A stretch of 46,651 nt of DNA from Eubacteriales bacterium (lineage in GTDB: Bacteria; Bacillota; Clostridia; Oscillospirales; CAG-272): contig JAZOUV010000079.1 in the NCBI GenBank assembly GCA_045658315.1, positions 1 to 46,651 on the forward strand, written 5' to 3'. The stretch's first letter is position 1. The number at the start of each line of letters is the position of its first letter. A model generated the notes under the pieces. The model ran no database searches. It was given only the letters and a program-made list of their open reading frames with translations, and had not been told where the DNA came from. The position numbers and the translations under genes are program-made. Of this stretch, positions 37,691-46,651 are shown in pieces.

Positions 37691-39571
37691 ATGATCAGTA
37701 TATCTTGTGAAAACATAAATATGACTTTCGGCAGCGAAGAGGTTATAAAAAAGGTTTCTTTTGCACTGAACGAAGGGGAAAGATTAGGTATAGTCGGTGT
37801 GAACGGAGCAGGGAAAACTACGCTCTTTCGCATCATTACGGGCGAATATACTCAGACGGAAGGTAACGTATATATTGCAAAAGATAAAATAATTGGAGTA
37901 TTAGCTCAGGAAAGTGCATTTGAAGAAAGCGGCACTGTCCTCAGTGAAACCATGCTCGCAAAGGGTTCGCTTATTGAAATGGAAAAGGAACTTGAATTCT
38001 TGCGTCGCGAAATAGAAAACGGAAATAATTCTATTGCAAACAGATATGCTGCCTTGCATGACCGTTTTACAAAAGAGGGCGGATTTGAGTTTCGCGGAAG
38101 AGTAAAGGGGACTTTGAAACATATGGGTTTTGATGAATCTATGTGGGATACCCGTATATCTAAATTAAGCGGCGGTCAGAAAACGAGACTTGCCATGGTC
38201 AGACTTATTCTTCGTGAGCCCGATATTATGCTGCTTGACGAGCCTACAAACCATTTGGACACATATTCTGTTGAATGGTTGGAAGAGTTTCTTCGGTCAT
38301 ACAAAAAAACTGTTTTGATTATTTCTCACGACCGTTATTTTCTTGACCGTACTGCCACAAAGATCCTTGAGATAGAAAACGGAAAAAGCCATATTTATAA
38401 CGGAAATTATACTCAGTATGTGGAACAGAAGAAAACTGACCGAGAGATACAGGAAAGGCATTATAAAAATCAACAAAAAGAAATTGCCCGTATAGAAAGT
38501 TATATTGAACAGCAAAGACGTTGGAACCGCGAACGCAACATTATTGCGGCTGAGAGCAGGCAAAAGCTTCTTGATAAGATGGTTAGAGTTGAACGCCCCG
38601 AAAGTCTTCCTGAGAGCATTAGGCTGCACTTTAATACTTCATCTGAAAGCGGTAATGACGTTTTAAAGGCAAAGGGCTTGTCAAAAGCTTACGGAACTCT
38701 GCGGCTGTTTTCCGATGTCTCTTTTGAAATACATAAAAGAGAGCACGTGTTTATAACGGGGCAGAACGGATGCGGAAAGTCTACTCTTATAAAAATACTT
38801 GCTGAAAAGCTTCGTGCGGATGCCGGTTTAATGGAATATGGTTACAATGTTAAAGTAGGGTATTATGATCAGGAAAACCAGGAATTAAACGAAGATAACA
38901 CTGTTCTTGATGAATTATGGAATTCTTACGCAAATCTGACACAAACGGAAGTAAGAAATGCACTTGCACTTTTTTTGTTTAAAGGTGACGATATATCTAA
39001 AAGGGTATCAATGTTAAGCGGCGGTGAAAAAGCGAGGCTGACCCTGTGTAAACTGATTCTTTCAAAAATGAATCTCTTGATTTTGGACGAGCCAACAAAC
39101 CATCTTGATATTAATTCAAGAGAGGCTCTGGAGAATGCGTTGTTGGATTTTGACGGCACAATTATTGCCGTATCTCATGATAGGTATTTTCTGTCTAAAC
39201 TGGCAACCCGTATCCTTAATTTTGAAAACGGGAAAGTTTCCGACTTCTTGGGTACATTTGAAGAGTTTTGCAGATATAAGAAAAATCTGCAACAAGTCGA
39301 TAATGCTGAAATTAAAATTGAAACTCAGACGAGTTCAAAAGAAAATTATCTTCAAAACAAAAAAGAGCTTGCCGAGCTCAGAAAGCGGGAAAGAAGACTT
39401 CAACAGGCAAAAGATGAATCTGCCCAAATCGAAAAACAGCTTGAGGAAACAGAACTGCTTATCGAAGAATGTGCTACCGACTATATGAAATCTGCCGAGC
39501 TATGGGAAAAGAAAGAAGCCCTTGAAAACAGGCTTTTAGAGCTTTATGAATTTCTTGAAAATGAGAATTAA
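37691..39571 (+). CDS. ABC-F family ATPase (ribosome-associated)
   Basis: Two NBDs (GVNGAGKT, LSGGQ, LLDEPTNHLD; GQNGCGKS, LSGGE, ILDEPTNHLD), no TM segments, C-terminal coiled coil. Confidence 0.95.
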   Translation: MISISCENINMTFGSEEVIKKVSFALNEGERLGIVGVNGAGKTTLFRIITGEYTQTEGNVYIAKDKIIGVLAQESAFEESGTVLSETMLAKGSLIEMEKELEFLRREIENGNNSIANRYAALHDRFTKEGGFEFRGRVKGTLKHMGFDESMWDTRISKLSGGQKTRLAMVRLILREPDIMLLDEPTNHLDTYSVEWLEEFLRSYKKTVLIISHDRYFLDRTATKILEIENGKSHIYNGNYTQYVEQKKTDREIQERHYKNQQKEIARIESYIEQQRRWNRERNIIAAESRQKLLDKMVRVERPESLPESIRLHFNTSSESGNDVLKAKGLSKAYGTLRLFSDVSFEIHKREHVFITGQNGCGKSTLIKILAEKLRADAGLMEYGYNVKVGYYDQENQELNEDNTVLDELWNSYANLTQTEVRNALALFLFKGDDISKRVSMLSGGEKARLTLCKLILSKMNLLILDEPTNHLDINSREALENALLDFDGTIIAVSHDRYFLSKLATRILNFENGKVSDFLGTFEEFCRYKKNLQQVDNAEIKIETQTSSKENYLQNKKELAELRKRERRLQQAKDESAQIEKQLEETELLIEECATDYMKSAELWEKKEALENRLLELYEFLENEN

Positions 39572-39640
39572 AAAGCGTCGTGAAAAATAGGCTAATAAAC
39601 TCGTGTTCAATTTTGTTTTTTTATCAAGTGTGTTATATAA

Positions 39641-39720
39641 AAAAAGAAGACTATGTCCTCTCGTTTTTGAGTTTTCATAGTCTTTCTTTTTTTGGGGGCT
39701 TGTTTTACAGCTCCCATTTT
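39641..39720 (-). repeat. Dispersed double-hairpin element, copy 2; likely also a terminator
   Basis: Reverse complement aligns with 6125-6198; begins at the DUF378 stop codon. Confidence 0.85.
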
Positions 39721-39929
39721 TAGTCTTCTTCAAAAATTTCTTCCCGTCTTCTGAATAGAAGAGAAACGCACCATATTGCCGAAAGTCCGACTACGGTGTA
39801 TATAATTCTGCTTATGAGGTCTGTCTGACCGCCAAAAAGCCAACTTACAATATCGAATTTAAATAAACCGATACTGCCCCAGTTAAGACCGCCGACGATA
39901 AGCAAAATCAATGAAATTCTGTCAAGCAT
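39720..39929 (-). CDS. DUF378 family small membrane protein
   Basis: LLIVGGLNWGSIGLFKFDIVSWLFGG...SRIIYTVVGLSAIW; AAGGAG RBS. Confidence 0.92.
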   Translation of the reverse strand: MLDRISLILLIVGGLNWGSIGLFKFDIVSWLFGGQTDLISRIIYTVVGLSAIWCVSLLFRRREEIFEED

Positions 39930-39989
39930 TTTTTTCAGCTCCTTAATATTAAAATTTGAGCAATATTATGATTGACAGATTTTAAAATT

Positions 39990-40871
39990 TTATGCATTCG
40001 GAGTTTGATTTGTTATTTCTTCTGTTGCCGGAGGTGCAATTGCGGTTATATTTACGTTGCCTACACCAACGTGTGCGATGAAAATACCGTTCATTTCTTC
40101 GTTTTCGAGTGTAAATACACCCTTGTGAACTTCACCGTTGATATTTATTTCACCTGTTTCCGATTCTATTTCGTAATCATATATATAATTGGAAGGTGTA
40201 GAAAAGTCGATATTTCCGTTTTCAATCTTTATTTTTGCGTTTGCAAGATAAGAGTTGTCTAATTTAACGTTTCCTTTTTTGATATTCAGGTCTGCCAATG
40301 ATACAATAGGAGTATTAGTGATAGAAACATCTCCGTCGTTTAACTTGACTGTATAATCACATATCTGGCTCATCTGACTAAACGATATATTGCCTTTTTC
40401 AATGGTTATATCAAATATTTTAACATTGGAATTTTCTGCAAGATATATATTGATTTTCTTATCTTTGTTGTGCTTGTCAAAGCGAACGAAGTCTCTTACT
40501 CCGTTAAAGGATATATTTCCGCTTTCGGCTCTACCGGAAATGGAAGATAATAAATCATTTTCAATGTTAAATGAACGGTTGTTTAGGTATGCTGAATATT
40601 CGAGGGTGTTAAAGTTAAATAATTCAATGTAGTTTTTTTCTGCATTTCCTATAACATTGATTTCTGTGTCTTTGAGGTTTACATTTATTTTGTTGGTGTT
40701 TTCAACGGAAAATTCTATTGTTTCAACAAAATCGCCATTCTCGGTTAGTTCCTGTCTGAATAAATCGATGTTCTTTTCTTCAGCCAATTTAGAGCCCTTG
40801 TTTCTTATTACAAAACCGGTTATTATGAGGAGGACTGAAATAACGAGGAAAACTATAGAGGTCTTTTTCAT
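39990..40871 (-). CDS. DUF4097-like beta-strand-repeat membrane-anchored protein
   Basis: N-terminal TM then repeated GNI/GDV/GNV/GEI strands. Confidence 0.7.
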   Translation of the reverse strand: MKKTSIVFLVISVLLIITGFVIRNKGSKLAEEKNIDLFRQELTENGDFVETIEFSVENTNKINVNLKDTEINVIGNAEKNYIELFNFNTLEYSAYLNNRSFNIENDLLSSISGRAESGNISFNGVRDFVRFDKHNKDKKINIYLAENSNVKIFDITIEKGNISFSQMSQICDYTVKLNDGDVSITNTPIVSLADLNIKKGNVKLDNSYLANAKIKIENGNIDFSTPSNYIYDYEIESETGEININGEVHKGVFTLENEEMNGIFIAHVGVGNVNITAIAPPATEEITNQTPNA

Positions 40872-40872
40872 T

Positions 40873-41895
40873 TTACGCTTCCTCCTTTGCTTGTTTTCCG
40901 AAATATTTTTTTGTTAATTTTATACAGAATTTAAACAACTTGATTAATTGTTTGATGAGGTAGGGAACAAGTCTTTTTACATAATTGTAGAGCAATATGC
41001 TTAAAAGCATTGTAACTCCCGAGGAAATAATTCCAATACCCAATTCATAAAGAGCAATGGGCATTGATTTAAAGCACATATAAATTCCATAGCCGATGGG
41101 CACTAAAGCAAAACATACGCCTGCAACCAAAATACATATATATGCAACCGAGAATAAAACTGCGGTAGCAATTAGAACAGGAAAAAGTGCAGAAACGAAA
41201 GCAAAAATAAGAGTTGTAGCAATTATGGCAATCGGAAGGGTTGCTTTGTATGTCTTATCTGTCATTTTTTCTCTGAGGTTTTTTATTACAGCTTCAGTTT
41301 TTGAAAGCTTTTCTTCAAAAAGCATCTCGAAATCATAGTCGGAAAGTTCAGCTGAGTATTCTTCGTTGTTGTTGACATCGACTACAGGGATTCTTTCCAA
41401 GGTTTCGCTCATTTCCTCGGCTTCACGGATATGTTGGTCAATATTGGGGGCTTTGGGTATTTCCATTGTGGGACTGTCGTTATCGTTTTGCTCAGATGCT
41501 TTTTCGGTGTTAGTTTCCTCGGAAAAAGCAACGTCAGTTTCGGCTAAAAAATCATCCTTAGGTGTATCGGAAGCTTCTGATTTGAGAGGGGACGACGTGT
41601 TTTCAGCAGACTCTTTAGCTGCTTCCGTAATTTCATCTGTCTCAGATGTGTTCTTCTCGGTAATTATAGATATAACGCCGGTATTATTTTTTTGCTTAGC
41701 AACTTCAAGGTTATATATTGATTTCAAGATTCCTTCAATTCCGCCGGCACTTTGGATAACGCTGTCAACTTCATCGGCATTTTTTCCCTTGAAGCAATCT
41801 TCAAAGATTTTTACATGCTTATTAATAGATTCTTGTGATAAATTCATTTCAGTGAGTCTGTCTTTTACTGTAGCCAAGAAGATAAACTTTTCCAC
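40873..41895 (-). CDS. Membrane protein, DUF1700-like, with long acidic linker
   Basis: N-terminal helical domain, acidic low-complexity middle, about 3 C-terminal TM helices; GTG start after GGAGG; adjacent to the DUF4097-like gene. Confidence 0.6.
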   Translation of the reverse strand: MEKFIFLATVKDRLTEMNLSQESINKHVKIFEDCFKGKNADEVDSVIQSAGGIEGILKSIYNLEVAKQKNNTGVISIITEKNTSETDEITEAAKESAENTSSPLKSEASDTPKDDFLAETDVAFSEETNTEKASEQNDNDSPTMEIPKAPNIDQHIREAEEMSETLERIPVVDVNNNEEYSAELSDYDFEMLFEEKLSKTEAVIKNLREKMTDKTYKATLPIAIIATTLIFAFVSALFPVLIATAVLFSVAYICILVAGVCFALVPIGYGIYMCFKSMPIALYELGIGIISSGVTMLLSILLYNYVKRLVPYLIKQLIKLFKFCIKLTKKYFGKQAKEEA

Positions 41896-41932
41896 TTTGC
41901 GAAAAACCTCCTCAAAAAAATAATGTAATGTG

Positions 41933-41992
41933 TTGTTTTAAGTAAAAAAATATGTTATAATACTATTATAACACAAAAAAATAAAAAAGCAA
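41933..41992. promoter_or_regulatory. Overlapping bidirectional promoters for trmB (+) and the DUF1700-like gene (-)
   Basis: Palindrome TGTTATAATA-C-TATTATAACA (41953-41973) gives TGnTATAAT on both strands; TTGTTT (+, 17 bp) and TTGCTT (-, 16 bp) -35 candidates. Confidence 0.6.
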
Positions 41993-42056
41993 TGATATTA
42001 TTATCTTGTATTTATAAATATTCTATGTACAAGCTAACAAAAAAGAGGATTTGTTT

Positions 42057-42671
42057 ATGAGAGCGAGAAAAAAGAAACACGGAGCTGAGAGGCTTGCAGC
42101 CGTATCGGAGTTTTTTACTGAAAAACCTGACTTAGAGCCGAACAAGGTTACATATCTTGAGATAGGTTGCGGTAAGGGGAAATTTATAATAGAAAACGCA
42201 GAGAAAAATCCCGATATAAATTATATAGCTGTTGAAAAAGTATCTGACGTTATTCTTCTTGCCGCAGAAAAGGCGAGGGACAGAGAACTGAAAAATATTA
42301 AGTTTATTATTTGCGATGCAAAAGGTTTGACTGAAGTTTTTCCGCCTCATTCGGTCGACTTTATATACTTGAATTTTTCTGACCCTTGGCCGAAAGCGGG
42401 GCATTACAAACGCAGACTGACATACAAGGCGTTTCTTGATGTTTACAGACAAATATTAAAAGAAGATGGAGCCGTTTTTTTTAAGACGGATAACGCAGGT
42501 CTTTTTGAGTTTTCGCTCGAACAGTTTACAGAAGACGGTTGGCGGCTTGAGAATGTTACATACGATTTACATAACAGTGAATTTGCCAAAGATAACATCA
42601 TGACAGAATATGAAAAGAATTTCTCTGAAAAGGGGTTTAATATCCATAGGCTTGAAGCTTGGGTAAAATAA
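42057..42671 (+). CDS. trmB: tRNA (guanine-N7)-methyltransferase
   Basis: LEIGCGKGKF, NFSDPWPK..H.KRRLT, FKTD, MTEYEK.F. Confidence 0.96.
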   Translation: MRARKKKHGAERLAAVSEFFTEKPDLEPNKVTYLEIGCGKGKFIIENAEKNPDINYIAVEKVSDVILLAAEKARDRELKNIKFIICDAKGLTEVFPPHSVDFIYLNFSDPWPKAGHYKRRLTYKAFLDVYRQILKEDGAVFFKTDNAGLFEFSLEQFTEDGWRLENVTYDLHNSEFAKDNIMTEYEKNFSEKGFNIHRLEAWVK

Positions 42672-42672
42672 G

Positions 42673-42713
42673 ACAAGACCACCGATTGAATCTATTTGAT
42701 CGGTGGTTTTGTT
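42673..42713 (+). terminator. Intrinsic terminator after trmB
   Basis: ACCACCGAT/ATCGGTGGT stem followed by TTTGTT. Confidence 0.8.
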
Positions 42714-42826
42714 GTTCTTAGTTATAATATTTGAAAGGTCTGCAAAAAGGGATCTGTCACTCCATGCTCAGCAGAATCAGGAAGAGCCGTCGAAGGAAAT
42801 ATAGGACTCTTTCTTTCTGAATAATA

Positions 42827-42855
42827 TTGCAAAATATATTTTTTTATGATATTAT
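42827..42855 (+). promoter_or_regulatory. Candidate promoter for ligA-obg
   Basis: TTGCAA, 17 bp, TATTAT with extended -10 TG; region is very AT-rich. Confidence 0.4.
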
Positions 42856-42906
42856 TATGATAGAGCGTTTATGTATTGTCAACGGAATTTCTGTGTATAA
42901 TTTTAA

Positions 42907-44925
<2,019 letters not shown>

Positions 44926-44944
44926 AAAGCACAGGTGAAGGCTA

Positions 44945-46225
44945 ATGATAATTGATAAAGTAAAAATTTACGTAAAGGCGGGCGACGGCGGTAATGGTGC
45001 AGTGTCTTTCAGACGTGAAAAATACGTTTCACACGGCGGTCCCGACGGTGGCGATGGCGGCAACGGCGGTAATATAGTTCTTGAAATTGATGAGGGCGAA
45101 AATACGCTTTTACGTTATAAATACCACAAGAAGTTTGTTGCCGAAAATGGTGGCGACGGAATGAAATCGAAATTTCACGGAAGGACCGCAAATGACCTTG
45201 TTTTGAAGGTTCCGCCCGGCACGGTAGTACGTGATGCTGAAAGCGGCAGGATAATAAAAGATATGTCAGACTCCGAACCTTTTACACTTTGTAAAGGTGG
45301 CAGAGGAGGCTGGGGAAACCGACATTTTTCTACTCCCACGAGACAAATACCAAGATTTGCGAAAAGCGGTATTAAAGGAGAAGAAAAAGAGGTTATCCTC
45401 GAACTTAAGATGCTTGCCGACGTTGGTTTTGTAGGCTTTCCAAACGTTGGGAAGTCAATGCTTCTTTCAAAGATAAGTGCAGCAAAGCCCAAGATAGCAA
45501 ACTATGAATTTACAACACTTTCTCCTAATCTCGGTGTTGTTGATGCAGGGGAAGAGCGTTCTTTTGTTGCTGCAGATATTCCCGGCATTATCGAAGGTGC
45601 GGCAGAGGGGGCAGGACTCGGACACGATTTCCTCCGTCATATAGACAGATGCAGACTCCTTGTTCATATTGTAGATGTTTCGGGGATGAGTGGACGTGAT
45701 CCTGTTGATGATATTAAAAAAATTAATGCAGAACTTGCTGAATACAGTGAAGACCTTGCAAACAGACCGCAGATAATTGCTGCTAATAAGATTGATATGT
45801 GTGATGAGGGCGAATTTGATAAAGAAGCCTTTGAATGCTTTGTAAAAGAAAGCGGATATGAGCTTATGTACATTTCCGCATTAACGGGAACAAACGTAAA
45901 AGAGCTTGTACACAGAGTTGCAGATAAATTAAAAGAACTTCCGCCTCTTATTGTGTACGAAGCGGATTATTTCCCCGAAACCGATGTTCTTGATGATAAA
46001 TCTAACCACGATATACTTATTAAAAACGTTAACGGAACATACGTTGTTGAGGCCGATTGGATATATAAGCTTATGGGTTCAATTAATTTTGACGATTATG
46101 AATCGCTAATGTATTTCCAAAAAGTGCTTAAAAATGCAGGTGTGTTTGATAAACTCGAAGCAAAAGGCGTAAAAGACGGCGACACCGTAAGTATGTACGA
46201 TTTTGAATTTGATTTCGTGAAATAA
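44945..46225 (+). CDS. obg: GTPase Obg/CgtA
   Basis: Gly-rich Obg fold, GFPNVGKS, FTTL.P, DIPG, NKID, C-terminal OCT domain. Confidence 0.97.
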   Translation: MIIDKVKIYVKAGDGGNGAVSFRREKYVSHGGPDGGDGGNGGNIVLEIDEGENTLLRYKYHKKFVAENGGDGMKSKFHGRTANDLVLKVPPGTVVRDAESGRIIKDMSDSEPFTLCKGGRGGWGNRHFSTPTRQIPRFAKSGIKGEEKEVILELKMLADVGFVGFPNVGKSMLLSKISAAKPKIANYEFTTLSPNLGVVDAGEERSFVAADIPGIIEGAAEGAGLGHDFLRHIDRCRLLVHIVDVSGMSGRDPVDDIKKINAELAEYSEDLANRPQIIAANKIDMCDEGEFDKEAFECFVKESGYELMYISALTGTNVKELVHRVADKLKELPPLIVYEADYFPETDVLDDKSNHDILIKNVNGTYVVEADWIYKLMGSINFDDYESLMYFQKVLKNAGVFDKLEAKGVKDGDTVSMYDFEFDFVK

Positions 46226-46228
46226 GAA

Positions 46229-46265
46229 ATAACAAAAGCAGAGCGAAAAACTCTGCTTTTGTTAT
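46229..46265 (+). terminator. Intrinsic terminator after obg
   Basis: Perfect 15-bp stem ATAACAAAAGCAGAG/CTCTGCTTTTGTTAT. Confidence 0.85.
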
Positions 46266-46285
46266 GGAAAATTCACCTATATATT

Positions 46286-46312
46286 GTAGGGATTGGCGTC
46301 CTCGACAATCCG
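46286..46312 (+). repeat. GTAG-type REP-like hairpin (single copy in window)
   Basis: GTAG directly followed by GGATTG-(GCGTCCTCGA)-CAATCC; GC-rich relative to surroundings. Confidence 0.5.
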
Positions 46313-46317
46313 TATAG

Positions 46318-46651
46318 CTGCTTCCGGACGGTTGGCTTCAGCAAAACGTGCATGTTGCTACTCCCGAGCAAGTTGACTATTATACCAAGCTTGGCAGGGA
46401 AGCTGTACTTTCAAAAAAAGTGGAAAATTCAAAATCTCCCGATGATAATGCAAGAACAACGGCACATACACAAGAACAGTACATAGCTGATACTTCAGAG
46501 CGTGTTCAGTCGAGAAAGAAACTTCTTGCACGTTCAGCAGATGAGGTAAGAACGGCAACAAGAAACGATACAAGACTTACAGCAGAACAGAGAGAAGCGG
46601 CAGAATTTGGAGAAAAAATAGGAGTTGCAGTCGGATTTGAAGATACCACAC
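46318..46651 (+). pseudogene. Start-less open frame running off the right edge (gene fragment or partial CDS)
   Basis: 111 stop-free codons (LLPDGWLQQNVHVATPEQVDYY...AEQREAAEFGEKIGVAVGFEDTT) after an in-frame TAG at 46315-46317; no ATG and no clear RBS; absent from the ORF track. Confidence 0.45.

Noticed and set aside
39964-39995. Sigma-G-like GCATA...CATAATA upstream of DUF378 on the minus strand
   Set aside because: The 20-bp spacer is longer than expected.
46259-46573. ORF-track calls 46259-46486 (+) and 46358-46573 (-)
   Set aside because: The first starts inside the obg terminator and neither has an RBS; the third frame (46318 onward) looks more protein-like.

Overview
A low-GC chromosomal segment that looks like core genome of a spore-forming Bacillota (Clostridia-like; inferred from an alpha/beta SASP, GlgC+GlgD, AddAB, RqcH and a ZTP riboswitch). 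Left to right: a 5'-truncated class A PBP, TspO, an SPFH protein, a lipoprotein, a membrane protein and a uridine-kinase-like protein; malQ divergent from glgB-glgC-glgD-glgA-glgP-GH13; ZMP/ZTP riboswitch-pflB-pflA; ssp; rqcH-addB-addA; a minus-strand block (suhB, membrane protein, GHL10 lipoprotein, HAD-IIA, thyA, folA); a type IIA topoisomerase B subunit with no adjacent A subunit; a zinc-ribbon protein, an ABC-F ATPase, DUF378, a DUF1700-like/DUF4097-like pair, trmB, ligA and obg. I found no rRNA, tRNA, CRISPR array, intact transposase or defence system, and cannot support a new multi-gene system. The least explained features are an ~80-nt double-hairpin element present twice 33.5 kb apart, a GTAG-REP-like hairpin followed by a start-less open frame at the right edge, a near-consensus antisense promoter at 3970-3998, and the orphan topoisomerase B subunit. 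All family calls are by eye from motifs; no searches were run.
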